Origin: a virus
Lineage: Duplodnaviria; Caudoviricetes
Strand: one strand, 5' to 3'
IMG/VR virus record: IMGVR_UViG_3300021978_000001
Coordinates: 288,001-352,000 of that record
DNA length: 64,000 nt
Shown here in pieces: positions 36,913-46,590 of the stretch (position 1 is the stretch's first letter; every line of letters begins with the position of its first letter). Made by a program: the position numbers and the translations under genes. The notes below the pieces were generated by a model. That model had not been told where the DNA came from and ran no database searches. It was given only the letters and a program-made list of their open reading frames with translations.

Positions 36913-36941
36913 TTTACGAGAACGCTTCAATGTGGTAAAAC
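36913..36941 (+). promoter_or_regulatory. Early-type promoter
   Basis: TTTACG-17(ATGTGG)-TAAAAC. Confidence 0.7.
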
Positions 36942-36979
36942 CCGCTTGAGTACCATTACAGAAACTCGAAGAGGTTAAC

Positions 36980-37417
36980 ATGACATACATCAACGCCGAA
37001 GAACTGCTCGACACGCTCAAGGGTACAACACAAATGAGCAAGAGCGCCTGGGACTCCCTCGAAACCACGATCCCTACCGTCAAGGTGGACATCGTGGGAG
37101 GACGCTTCGATGTCACCGCGCGCGAATGCCATATCTCCACGTCTCACCCGGAGTCGAAGCAACGCGAGAAGTTTGGTTTGAGTTGCCAGGGGTATCTGAT
37201 CCAGGTGTCCTCGGGGAACGTGATCATCTTCGTGCCGAAAGAGCACATCACCAGCGTGGACTCTGGTGAAGGCCATGCCGCGAGCGTGCTGCAAAGGCAC
37301 TACCGCAACACATGCGCGACCAACATCTACAACCAGTGGGACCGCAGCCGGAAAGCCTGGGAGAAACACAAAAGCATGCTTGCAGAACTCAAGCGCGACG
37401 ACCAGAAATCCTCCTGA
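36980..37417 (+). CDS. Hypothetical protein
   Basis: RBS GAGG. Confidence 0.8.
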   Translation: MTYINAEELLDTLKGTTQMSKSAWDSLETTIPTVKVDIVGGRFDVTARECHISTSHPESKQREKFGLSCQGYLIQVSSGNVIIFVPKEHITSVDSGEGHAASVLQRHYRNTCATNIYNQWDRSRKAWEKHKSMLAELKRDDQKSS

Positions 37418-37422
37418 TAGGT

Positions 37423-37451
37423 TTTACGCCCTGACCCCTTTGTGGTATATG
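37423..37451 (+). promoter_or_regulatory. Early-type promoter with AGGTGTACG leader
   Basis: TTTACG-17-TATATG then AAGGTGTACGAC. Confidence 0.8.
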
Positions 37452-37533
37452 AAGGTGTACGACATCACGACCACAACCTCACTATCGAATTGACCGAGGC
37501 AGGCATTGCCCTGGCGCGCGAGGAAGGCGAAGC

Positions 37534-37875
37534 ATGAAGTTCAACTTGAAAAGAGCGTGTAGCGAGTGTCCGTTTCGCAAAGAGAACGGTTACCTCGAAC
37601 GTGGGCGCGCGCGTGAGATCGCGCATGCGTTGCAAAACGATGGCAGCTTTACCTGTCACAAGACCCTCGACTACACGAGCGGCAAGCCAGGAGAGACCCA
37701 GAAGAGCGCGTTCTGCGCGGGCGCCCTGAGCGTCATGGAGAACGAAGGTTCGACGTTCGCGAACGTGCTCATCCGCCTCGCCGCGATGGGCATGGGGTAC
37801 GACCCTGACGCCTTGCTCGATCGAGAGGAGTGCTTCGAGAGCATGGAAGCCTTCATCCTCGGGCATGGGAGTTGA
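37534..37875 (+). CDS. Cys/His Zn-binding protein (DUF6283-like)
   Basis: CSECPFR ... FTCHKT ... CAGAL. Confidence 0.75.
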   Translation: MKFNLKRACSECPFRKENGYLERGRAREIAHALQNDGSFTCHKTLDYTSGKPGETQKSAFCAGALSVMENEGSTFANVLIRLAAMGMGYDPDALLDREECFESMEAFILGHGS

Positions 37876-37877
37876 GT

Positions 37878-38864
37878 ATGCAAGACAACGAACGCTTTGG
37901 TGAGGTGCGGAGTGCGTTCGCGCAGCGACCTCGGGATGAGGAAGAGGCATTGAGGCAGTGGGAGCTATATTGCGAGCATTGTCTCGGTGATCACGAGCCC
38001 ACGCATATAAGCCAGTACATCATGGATTGTCTCTTTCACTCGGAGAAGACCTCTCTTTTCCACCGAGAGACGCCCCTGTCTGGGTGGGCTCACGAGTTGG
38101 GTATCCGTCTCGGGTATGCGGAAGGACGTTTTGACGCGTGCGTACCCATCCCAGGCCGTCTACCCCGACAGAAACACGCGCATGCTGTTTGCCTCGCTGA
38201 ACGCTTTTTGCAGGCGGTCGCGGTGGCTGCCTGTCATCTTACCTGGCGCCAAAAGTCGAGGGTGCGCGCTTATCCCCCTTACTTCTTTTATCGCGTCCTC
38301 TTGCCTGGGTGGGAGTTTGGTTTCGGTCGCGAGATGCTGGAGGTGTTGCCCGTTCAACCCCCGCGTCGCAGCTACAGGGGTGTGGATTGGCCAAGGGGCA
38401 TGCCCGTCTTGCAGACCGATCAATACTATAGCCAGTTTCTCTCGCGCGCCTTTCTTGCGTCACAGCGCGCGCAACTGAACCTCAACCTGGACCCCCTCGG
38501 TGAACTCTTCCAACGTTTGTGCGCGGATCTAGGGATGTTGCTGTATCTCGTGGGGATCAACCCCACCCGCATCGAGAAGCTGTATGGTGATCTGATTTAC
38601 CTCGCACAAGAAGTGGCCTTTCGCTATGCGGACCCAGGTAGCATCTTCAAAACTTTCTACTACCCACATGAGGAGGTCGAGCAGACGCAGGAGCTAAACG
38701 CTCCCGCCCATAACCGGGAACCTCAACACAGAATCCTCCCCGAGTATGAACCCAACCTTCGCATGTGGGAGTACGCGGTCAATCCTTTCGAGATGCAGAA
38801 GATCTTCGACGAGACGCTCGAAGACTTTGGCAGCTCAGAGCTTTGGGGAAGGATGCTGATTTAA
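37878..38864 (+). CDS. FGEVRS-motif family protein
   Basis: RFGEVRSAF...QWELYC...QYIMDCL. Confidence 0.8.
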   Translation: MQDNERFGEVRSAFAQRPRDEEEALRQWELYCEHCLGDHEPTHISQYIMDCLFHSEKTSLFHRETPLSGWAHELGIRLGYAEGRFDACVPIPGRLPRQKHAHAVCLAERFLQAVAVAACHLTWRQKSRVRAYPPYFFYRVLLPGWEFGFGREMLEVLPVQPPRRSYRGVDWPRGMPVLQTDQYYSQFLSRAFLASQRAQLNLNLDPLGELFQRLCADLGMLLYLVGINPTRIEKLYGDLIYLAQEVAFRYADPGSIFKTFYYPHEEVEQTQELNAPAHNREPQHRILPEYEPNLRMWEYAVNPFEMQKIFDETLEDFGSSELWGRMLI

Positions 38865-39763
38865 AGGTACAGCTCGGGGTGCCACCTTGGATTGAGAGGT
38901 TCTTCATGTTGGGTCATGGGACGTGGGGTGTTGAGCCCGAGGTCGTATAGACGACGTGCCAGCTCATCCTGGGAGATGCTTTTCTCATCGCCGTCCTCAT
39001 ACACGAAGAGAACGTCGGGAGGATAGAAGCCGGAGATGATCACCTTTTCGCCGTCAAACCTCGTGGGCTCGTGTGAGAGCCACGCGCCATCATGAGAAAA
39101 CCTGTCATCGTGATAATTCCAGGTACCCTTCCAGGGGAGATCGAGCCCCATGCTGTGCAAGATGGAGAGGAAACCACGCTTGCGCTTGTCGCGTGGGTTG
39201 TGGGACTGTTCATCGAACCGTGCATGCGAGCATGTGTAGGACGGGAACACGCTTGTCCAGCCCATGTGTAGGGTCCAGGCGCCCTGGACAGTCTTGATCT
39301 GGGCATGCATCCTCTCGCCTGTGGGAGCACTCAGGGTTCGGCCATGGCGGATGAAGTCGGAGATCCATGCCGCGCCCTTGATGTGCTCTCTAAGGAACGT
39401 GACAGGCATTCTATGTCCTATGCCCGTGATGGCCCGGCGATAAAGGCAGTGGCAGATGTAATCATGCACCGGCCCTTCCATGGGAAACTCCGCAGAGACA
39501 GGCACGTTCAAGATGTGATAGCGTGTGTGGTCGTCTAACACCTCGTTATACCAGATGTCCTTGCTCAAGATCTGCCTCGCAGACGTCACCCACCCGAGCA
39601 AGTGCCAGGCTTGGTGTTTTGTAATCGTCCGCATGATCTCCTGTTGCGCGACCTGAGCCTGGTCGGGAGACATTTCTCCCGTGAGGAGCCATAGCCTGCG
39701 CACGTTATCCCCATACCAGAAGCGCGCCATCATGCTGCGCCATTCGCCTGTCCCAAACATCAC
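38861..39763 (-). CDS. Hypothetical protein, distantly FGEVRS-like start
   Basis: GTGEWRSMM; RBS GGAGGA; promoter 39787-39815 TTGACG-17-TACGAG. Confidence 0.8.
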   Translation of the reverse strand: MMFGTGEWRSMMARFWYGDNVRRLWLLTGEMSPDQAQVAQQEIMRTITKHQAWHLLGWVTSARQILSKDIWYNEVLDDHTRYHILNVPVSAEFPMEGPVHDYICHCLYRRAITGIGHRMPVTFLREHIKGAAWISDFIRHGRTLSAPTGERMHAQIKTVQGAWTLHMGWTSVFPSYTCSHARFDEQSHNPRDKRKRGFLSILHSMGLDLPWKGTWNYHDDRFSHDGAWLSHEPTRFDGEKVIISGFYPPDVLFVYEDGDEKSISQDELARRLYDLGLNTPRPMTQHEEPLNPRWHPELYL

Positions 39764-39882
39764 TTCCTCCTTTTGTGCTTCACCTCTCGTACCACATCTA
39801 CAGGGTATCCGTCAAGTCTTCTCGAACGCTTTACGGAGTTTTCACGTAAAGAGAAAGGAAGGCCATGTTGTGAGGTAAGGCA

Positions 39883-40923
39883 ATGATTCAAAACTTGAAC
39901 TTCGGAGATGTCCGCTCGTTGATGGCGGGGCCTCCACGAAATCCAGATCACGCAGAGCAACAATGGGAAGTGCTGCTTTATTTGATGCGCCATCCCGAGC
40001 GAGAAACCAACGGAGACATCGCCAACATGCGTATGTATGTTGAGGGACGCGCGTCGAGGATCAGCTCTGAGTGTCGAACCCTGGAAGACTGGGCAACGCT
40101 TCTGGTGAACCAGGGATTGTCTCTTGGAGCTGCGCTGTATCAGAGCTGGCGCTACACACCGCGCGAGCGTTACCTGACCTTCGAGATGGCCGATCACAAT
40201 CCGGCGCGCATCGAAAACTACCTGGAGCCTCCCCGGGATTTCAAGCTGCTCGCCACGCTCGATAGGCGCACGGTCGATCAGCAAGCCATCGGCGCGGCCT
40301 TGCGGAGCGCGATCTTCGATCAGCTCTACCTGTATGCGCGTGAGCAGAAGTGGGAGGAGCGCCACCGCCGCCTCTCCAAATACCCTGGGAGCGACGAAGA
40401 ACGCGCGAGCCAGCGAAAGGTCATCGAGGCGCAGGCGCTAAGGATGCACCAGCTCGTCTGGATCATGACTCGGATCACGTATCGCACCGAGGTCAACAGG
40501 CAGACCCACATCGAACACCTCACCTATCCGTTTCATGCGTCTGATGTGCTCGGGTCGCAGACTGCTGCTCGATCGGACTATCTGCGGGTCGTCAAGAACC
40601 AGATCGAGAAGTCCTGGTATCAGCACAATACCTTGGTGAATCAAGATGCGTCCCGGTACCTCTATGACACGACCCTGGACGCTGGCGAGGACGTACCGAA
40701 CTACGGGCACCTCTCGGGGCAAATGCTCCTGGCTTGCGTGCTGGCAGATATATGGCCTGTGATCCGGGATGATTGGATGGTAAGCATGGCGAAGGGACTG
40801 CCTCCTATCGAGGCATTGGATGCGCATTACGTGCAGCATGAAGCGCTGATCACGCAAGCCCTTGAGCGCTTCTACAACAACAAGCCAGGCGAGGAAGACC
40901 TCGACCTGGACATCGAATGGTAA
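39883..40923 (+). CDS. FGDVRS-motif family protein
   Basis: NFGDVRSLM...QQWEVLLYL...MYV. Confidence 0.8.
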   Translation: MIQNLNFGDVRSLMAGPPRNPDHAEQQWEVLLYLMRHPERETNGDIANMRMYVEGRASRISSECRTLEDWATLLVNQGLSLGAALYQSWRYTPRERYLTFEMADHNPARIENYLEPPRDFKLLATLDRRTVDQQAIGAALRSAIFDQLYLYAREQKWEERHRRLSKYPGSDEERASQRKVIEAQALRMHQLVWIMTRITYRTEVNRQTHIEHLTYPFHASDVLGSQTAARSDYLRVVKNQIEKSWYQHNTLVNQDASRYLYDTTLDAGEDVPNYGHLSGQMLLACVLADIWPVIRDDWMVSMAKGLPPIEALDAHYVQHEALITQALERFYNNKPGEEDLDLDIEW

Positions 40924-40933
40924 AGGTGATCGT

Positions 40934-42091
40934 ATGACAGATCCAACAAACAATCCTGTGCAACCGCCCGCCAACGAACAAGAGACTCGCGAGAAGTGGG
41001 TGGCTCTGATGACACGCCTCACGCAAGATCACGTGAGGCCCTATTCGGAAGGCATGTACTCCCAACTCGAACCCGAGAGCTGGGTCAAGGCTGCGCTCAG
41101 TCACGGTATGTCTCCGGGCTTCGCGTTTATGGTGGCATGGGTCAAGTTTAAACCCGTGATCACGAGCGACATCCTCGACCCTCTCTTCGCGTGTGAAGGA
41201 CCTCTCGACGGACGCGTGATACGCGAGATGCTCGTGCGCGAGATGCACCAGGCATTGCATCGCAGGATGTACGTTGTCGAGGACATGCAGGAAGCGCTCG
41301 CAATCGCGAATCTCACATGCAAGCTCGCAGGTGTCGATGTCCCTGCGGACCCGGAGGTGAACTTCGCACCGTATTTCGAGGAGGAATACAAGACATGGCC
41401 GCGCGAAGTCTTCAAGGAGATCAGTGCGTTTGTCCAGCGAAGCATCCCCGCACCTGTCGAGGAACCTGCCTACGGGCAAATGGGCGCCCTGTTTCTCCAG
41501 GCGAACGGGAGCCGGGTGAGCTTTCAGAATGCAATTTCGTCGATGCCTGAAGGTGTGCAGGGTCCTCTCCTCGAAGCCTGGGATCATTGGGTCGCACACC
41601 AGGCGGCGCGGAAAGAGATGGAGCGCCAGCCTCGCTACGCTGAAGAACCCCCTGTGTTCGAGCCGGAGAACAAGGCGCTCGTGATGGAACAAAACATCAC
41701 GCACGACTGGTGCCTTGCCAAGGTCGAGCACGCCCTCGTCGAAGGGTTCGAGTCAGCGCGCATCGAACATTCCTCTACCGATTGGATCGACACGCTACCT
41801 TCGAGCGCAGAACAGGAGTGGGACGTGGCTGCGCTTCTGGGAGAAGCCTTTATGATGCCAGCGGTCAGCTTCTTGTGGGAAACATTTACAGCAGCTTTCA
41901 TGCAAAACATCCTGGCGCGTGTGTCGTTCGAGGAAGCGATCCCGGCGCTGGACTTCGACGGCGCGCTCCAGTGTCTCTATAATCAACTGGCTGTCTTGAA
42001 CGCCTCAGAACTGGAGCCCCAGTCTAAGGTGGGGACCTACGGGGAGTACATCACGACGCTCACCGAGCTTTGGGAAGGGACACAGGTATGA
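40934..42091 (+). CDS. Hypothetical helical protein
   Basis: RBS AAGGTG; operon. Confidence 0.8.
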   Translation: MTDPTNNPVQPPANEQETREKWVALMTRLTQDHVRPYSEGMYSQLEPESWVKAALSHGMSPGFAFMVAWVKFKPVITSDILDPLFACEGPLDGRVIREMLVREMHQALHRRMYVVEDMQEALAIANLTCKLAGVDVPADPEVNFAPYFEEEYKTWPREVFKEISAFVQRSIPAPVEEPAYGQMGALFLQANGSRVSFQNAISSMPEGVQGPLLEAWDHWVAHQAARKEMERQPRYAEEPPVFEPENKALVMEQNITHDWCLAKVEHALVEGFESARIEHSSTDWIDTLPSSAEQEWDVAALLGEAFMMPAVSFLWETFTAAFMQNILARVSFEEAIPALDFDGALQCLYNQLAVLNASELEPQSKVGTYGEYITTLTELWEGTQV

Positions 42092-42645
42092 TCGAAGAGC
42101 ATCGCGAACTCCTGGAGCGCCTGATCACGCATGTGTCAGAGCACCCTGTCGGGGAGCACAAGATCCCGATCACGGGGACGCTCCCTGTGACCCGGAGCGC
42201 TTTCGTGCCTCTATCCGAAACAGATAGGTATGACACGGACAGGGCAGCGCGCGCGTCCCTGGCGCATTTGCTCTACGCGTATGTCGCGACCTTGCCTCAA
42301 GACCTCGATGAGCAACGCCACCGGGCAATCTATACGCTCGCGGCCTTGTTGCATCCGATCACAGGGACAGGTGCGCTCGACTCCTTGCCTCCCCGACGCA
42401 TTCAGCTCGACGCTAACATCGAGGCGCTCGATGCTCTCCCGCATGCGAAGACCTCGGTCGCGTGGCGAAACACAGCCGAGATCGTCGAGAGCATGCGCAG
42501 GCATTACAGCGAGGAGGATTTCGACCCACGCTACGTGTACGCCCTGGCGCACGCGTTCGACGCCGCCTACCAAAAGCCCTCGCGTGATCTCCTGGAGCTG
42601 GCACAATATCGCTATATGCAACGTTGTGACCCAGGACGTACTTGA
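42088..42645 (+). CDS. Hypothetical helical protein
   Basis: ATGA overlap. Confidence 0.75.
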   Translation: MIEEHRELLERLITHVSEHPVGEHKIPITGTLPVTRSAFVPLSETDRYDTDRAARASLAHLLYAYVATLPQDLDEQRHRAIYTLAALLHPITGTGALDSLPPRRIQLDANIEALDALPHAKTSVAWRNTAEIVESMRRHYSEEDFDPRYVYALAHAFDAAYQKPSRDLLELAQYRYMQRCDPGRT

Positions 42646-42671
42646 CACGCTGTCCTACCTTGTGGTAACAC
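42642..42671 (+). promoter_or_regulatory. Early-type promoter
   Basis: TTGACA-18(TTGTGG)-TAACAC. Confidence 0.75.
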
Positions 42672-42710
42672 AACCTCTGTTGAACTGAACCATGACAGAG
42701 GTGTGTTACC

Positions 42711-42896
42711 ATGTCCGAACTTCCATCTACATTCTTTGGGAATGACATCGAAACCGATGGCGTCTTCGTGATACTTCGCCGTCTGGTTCTTCCGGTGTCG
42801 GAAACTACCAAGGAAGAGCGTGACGCAGGTAAAATCGAGATCGTCGAGCATTACGTCGGTGCGGTTCGTAAGGCGTTTCAGACCGCTGGCTTGTGA
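42711..42896 (+). CDS. Small hypothetical protein
   Basis: RBS GAGGTG. Confidence 0.65.
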   Translation: MSELPSTFFGNDIETDGVFVILRRLVLPVSETTKEERDAGKIEIVEHYVGAVRKAFQTAGL

Positions 42897-42911
42897 CGAA
42901 GGGGCTGACTC

Positions 42912-43229
42912 ATGGGACGTTTGCATCCCGATGTCGAGGTCGATGGGGTTTATGTCACCCTCACGAACCTGACACGTATGGGCATGGGGCCTGTGACCCT
43001 GTGCATTCCAGGTGGAAAGCCTCCAATCCTCAACATTGATTATTGGGATGGCCCCTGCATGCTCCTGTATCCTTTCCCCGATACACGAACGGTCTACGTG
43101 TACGGGCTGCCCGAAATCGACGAAGAGGGCAACCCCTATAGCAAAGAAGAACTAGACGCGGCGTGCGAGAAATACGCTTACGCTGTGCGTATCGCAATTC
43201 AAGAAGCCGGGCTTTGGCGGCGCGGCTAA
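42912..43229 (+). CDS. Hypothetical protein
   Basis: RBS AAGGGG. Confidence 0.75.
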   Translation: MGRLHPDVEVDGVYVTLTNLTRMGMGPVTLCIPGGKPPILNIDYWDGPCMLLYPFPDTRTVYVYGLPEIDEEGNPYSKEELDAACEKYAYAVRIAIQEAGLWRRG

Positions 43230-43258
43230 ACAAAACCCTGGATACAAGAGAGAACCTT

Positions 43259-43873
43259 ATGCATCTGGCACATATCAAGAAAGCACTCGAAGAGGGCACC
43301 ACGGTCGGCATCCTCCACTGCATTCGCTTCAGCAACCTCGAACGCCCCGAGCATGACCTCCCCACGGACCCCCTCGTCTTGACCTGGCCCTGTCCCGCCA
43401 AGATCAAGGAGATCAACCCGTGCCTCAAGCTCGAACCCACGCACCACGATGGAATCTATCAGTATTACAACATCGTCGAGACCGAGGAACCTCAATCGGG
43501 ATGGCATCTTGTCGAGATGCCATGTTGGGTAGACCTCGACGGTCAGCTCGTGACGTCCGAGGTGATCGCTCCCTCGAAAGATATTCGAGAATGGACCTTC
43601 GAGTATGCTTCAAAATGGGAGCGCAAGCATGACATGTTGCTCGACCGCCTCACGAATCATGCGAAGCGCGCGAACGCCAAGGTGCTCGAAGCTGAACTCG
43701 AAGCCTACGAGGAGGAAAACGCGGACGCGATCGAGGCGATGGGCGAGCATTTCTTCGAGGGAGCGGATACCGTGATCGACAAGGGTACGCTCGCGCACCT
43801 GTTGTCTCTGGTCCACGCGGACGCGACGCGGTTTGCACGATTGACCCTGGGTGAGGTATTGTGGAAACCCTGA
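43259..43873 (+). CDS. Hypothetical protein
   Basis: Operon context upstream of pyrB. Confidence 0.75.
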   Translation: MHLAHIKKALEEGTTVGILHCIRFSNLERPEHDLPTDPLVLTWPCPAKIKEINPCLKLEPTHHDGIYQYYNIVETEEPQSGWHLVEMPCWVDLDGQLVTSEVIAPSKDIREWTFEYASKWERKHDMLLDRLTNHAKRANAKVLEAELEAYEEENADAIEAMGEHFFEGADTVIDKGTLAHLLSLVHADATRFARLTLGEVLWKP

Positions 43874-43913
43874 ACGGTACAGACATCACGAAGACGAAGA
43901 AAGGAAGACGACC

Positions 43914-44972
43914 ATGACTCGACTGATTTCCACTGCCAATGTCCGCAACGCTGTCCTCGATCTCCTGTACAGCGAGCGTTCGACACGTATCCCGAAGTTC
44001 ACGTTCCGCTCGCAGCAGACCTTGCCTCCAGGTAAGCGCTCGAACAACGACCCGAAGTACGTGATCCTCGTGTTCGAGGAGCCGTCCACGCGGACGCACA
44101 AGAGCTTCGAGGTCGCGGCGCGCGCCGAAGGGTGTGAAGTCCTTTCGGTCGGAGGCGGCAGCTCTCTCCTCAAGGGTGAGAGCATGATCGACACCATCGA
44201 GAACCTCATCTCCATTGTGGGCTCCTCGAACGTGGTGGCGGTCGTGACGCGCACCAGGCTCAGGGAGGACCGAACAGAACTCTTGACAAGGTTGGGGATG
44301 TTCTACCCGCAAATTTTTTTCATCAACGCAGGCGATTCAGATGGCCATCACCCGACCCAGGCGCTCGGGGATGCGCTCGCGCTCGCGCGTGCATGGGATG
44401 AGCAGGGAACCCGGACCCGTGAGGAGATCTTTGCGGGTAAGGTCGTGACCCTCATCGGGGATGTGGAAGCCTCCAGGGTCGCGCGCAGCGTTTACGAGCT
44501 GTTCACGCGCCTCGGAATCACGGTCGCCTTCGGTCAAGTCGCCAAGCAAGACATCCGGGGCACCTTCCCAGGTGCCAGGATCTTTGAAACCCGTGATGAA
44601 GCCCTGGAGCAGAGTGACGCGATCATGTGTTTGCGCTACCAGGCCAACCGGATGCGTCCGGGCACGTCCGAGCTGACCGAGGAACTCATGTTTCCTCAGT
44701 GGCGTATCCACGCGCGCGACCTCGAAGACTCTCCCGACCTCTTGCTCATGCACCCTGGCCCCGTGATGTGGGCGGATCGACCCTCACAAGACCTGATGAT
44801 TATGGAACAGGGGCAGGGTTATCGCGACGGTTGGCTTTCTCATGACTTGCGTGATCATGACCAGTGCATCGTACTCGATCAAGCGCGCGCCTGTGCTGAT
44901 GTCCGGCGTATGCTGCTTGCCATGTGCCACCCCAACCACGCATACAACACGCTCATTCAGGCTTGGGGCTGA
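43914..44972 (+). CDS. pyrB: Aspartate carbamoyltransferase catalytic subunit
   Basis: FEEPSTRTHKSFE, SSLLKGESMIDT, INAGD...HPTQAL, GDVEASRVARS, LRYQANR, LMHPGP. Confidence 0.9.
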   Translation: MTRLISTANVRNAVLDLLYSERSTRIPKFTFRSQQTLPPGKRSNNDPKYVILVFEEPSTRTHKSFEVAARAEGCEVLSVGGGSSLLKGESMIDTIENLISIVGSSNVVAVVTRTRLREDRTELLTRLGMFYPQIFFINAGDSDGHHPTQALGDALALARAWDEQGTRTREEIFAGKVVTLIGDVEASRVARSVYELFTRLGITVAFGQVAKQDIRGTFPGARIFETRDEALEQSDAIMCLRYQANRMRPGTSELTEELMFPQWRIHARDLEDSPDLLLMHPGPVMWADRPSQDLMIMEQGQGYRDGWLSHDLRDHDQCIVLDQARACADVRRMLLAMCHPNHAYNTLIQAWG

Positions 44973-44981
44973 AAGATTCTC

Positions 44982-45010
44982 TTTACGCCGGGCTTCTGGT
45001 AGGGTATACA
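44982..45010 (+). promoter_or_regulatory. Early-type promoter
   Basis: TTTACG-17-TATACA then GAAGTGTACC. Confidence 0.7.
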
Positions 45011-45047
45011 CAGAAGTGTACCACGAATGCGACCAGGAGAAGAGGGA

Positions 45048-45581
45048 ATGGGAAGTATGTACGATCAGAGTGAACGGTTTTGCTTGAGCGGCGAGGGCGA
45101 GGAACATCACCACGCCTTCGCCGCGTTGCGGAGCGCCCTGCACCATACAAAAGAAGTCCCGGCTTACACGGTCGAGAACACACCCGCGTGGCTTCGAGGG
45201 CGCTTGACCAAGACAAAGCGCATGCGAGAGCTGGAAGAGTGGCTTCACTGCTATAAGATCGAAGACCCCGAGACCCTGAGCTACATCTTCGCACAGGTGA
45301 GCGCCGAAGAGTTGCTCTCGGTCGTGACCTGGACAGATGAAAGTGATGGCTTGATGACAGGTCGTGCGTATGAGAACGCGCTCAAGTATAGCCTCGATGG
45401 TGTGTTCACGTTACGGCTCGGGGCTACTGTGCTCGCGTCCTTTCCTGCGGTTGAATGGCATCGTATGCTCACGCAAGCGCGCTCGGAAACCTCGGCTCTT
45501 CCTCCCTACCTCGATGGGTACCCCTTGCGAGAGGTCGCGATGATGGTGCTCGAACGCGAGACACGAGAGAAGGTCGCATGA
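45048..45581 (+). CDS. Hypothetical protein
   Basis: RBS GAGGGA. Confidence 0.75.
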   Translation: MGSMYDQSERFCLSGEGEEHHHAFAALRSALHHTKEVPAYTVENTPAWLRGRLTKTKRMRELEEWLHCYKIEDPETLSYIFAQVSAEELLSVVTWTDESDGLMTGRAYENALKYSLDGVFTLRLGATVLASFPAVEWHRMLTQARSETSALPPYLDGYPLREVAMMVLERETREKVA

Positions 45582-46474
45582 CAGAAGGTCAAAGCAACAG
45601 CGTGGACTTCGGGGAGGTTCGGAGCGCGGTACATACGCCGTATGACCCTGATGACGAAGGTCTCGACCCCTTGTTCGAGGCCCTGACCCTTCCTCGTACC
45701 TCGTGCACGTGGAACACCTTTCCCCATTGGGACTACATCTACCGTTCGGTCTCGTGGGACCGCCTGTGTCAAGCCTTGCGCTGGACGTATCAGACGCGCG
45801 AGGAGGCTCAGGTCACGCGCGAGGAGGCTCAGGTCACGCGCGAGGAGGCTCAGGTCACGCACTCGGACAGCTTCGGGACATGGTTCAAGTGGGTCGAGTA
45901 CGTTTTGATGGTCGAACCCATGAAGTATCGACACACAGACCCGGACGGGTTCCTCGCGTTGCGCCTCGGTTCCTTCGTGCTGGAGGTGACCTCACCGCTC
46001 GGGCTCCACCATAGGTGGATCGACCACATGTTCTCGCGCGCTGAATGGGAGTTCTCGTTGCGCCTGTTCACCAAAGGTGGGGCAGACTCGAAAGAGTTTG
46101 CCGGACTCGTGGGTGAGATCAAGCGCGCGTACTTCAAGGCTTACCGCTCCAAGCTGCATGGAGATCGCTACTTCCACGTGAACGTGCATCGCATGCGAAA
46201 TCGCCTGGAGATGTTGCGAGACTTTACCCAGGAGCGCTTCGACAAGAACGCTTATGGCCGCGCGACCTTTCTGTTCGAGGCGTGCATGGAAGCGCTCGAT
46301 TGTCTTGACGGTGACCCCAGACCCCACCTCAAGCGCCCGAACATCCGCAATAACCTCGAAGCCTTTACCCACATCTACACCATGGCCCACAAGGGAGTCC
46401 GCGAGCTTCGCCTCAAGCAAGAGATCGAGATGAAAGGGTATGCGTTGCAGGGAGACACCTTGCGCAAGACTTGA
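45578..46474 (+). CDS. FGEVRS-motif family protein with TREEAQV x3 insertion
   Basis: DFGEVRSAVH; 21-nt unit x3 at 45794-45860. Confidence 0.8.
   Translation: MTEGQSNSVDFGEVRSAVHTPYDPDDEGLDPLFEALTLPRTSCTWNTFPHWDYIYRSVSWDRLCQALRWTYQTREEAQVTREEAQVTREEAQVTHSDSFGTWFKWVEYVLMVEPMKYRHTDPDGFLALRLGSFVLEVTSPLGLHHRWIDHMFSRAEWEFSLRLFTKGGADSKEFAGLVGEIKRAYFKAYRSKLHGDRYFHVNVHRMRNRLEMLRDFTQERFDKNAYGRATFLFEACMEALDCLDGDPRPHLKRPNIRNNLEAFTHIYTMAHKGVRELRLKQEIEMKGYALQGDTLRKT
45794..45860 (+). repeat. 21-nt tandem repeat x3 (in frame)
   Basis: ACGCGCGAGGAGGCTCAGGTC x3. Confidence 0.95.
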
Positions 46475-46509
46475 GTTTCTCGCTTGAGTTTCTCGCTTGA
46501 GTTTCTCGC
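46471..46509. repeat. 13-nt tandem repeat x3 abutting a -35 box
   Basis: TTGAGTTTCTCGC x3 then TTGACG. Confidence 0.95.
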
Positions 46510-46539
46510 TTGACGCAAGGCTTGGCTTTGTGGTACCAA
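46510..46539 (+). promoter_or_regulatory. Early-type promoter
   Basis: TTGACG-18(TTGTGG)-TACCAA. Confidence 0.75.
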
Positions 46540-46590
46540 GGCTCAGACGCACACGAACGATCGAGATAACACGTACTCAAGGAGAGTGAG

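Noticed and set aside
3552-37460. Dispersed GTAAGTGTACGG repeats as CRISPR or attC-like repeats
   Set aside because: Separated by whole genes, always fused to -35/-10 boxes, not palindromic, and no integrase in the window
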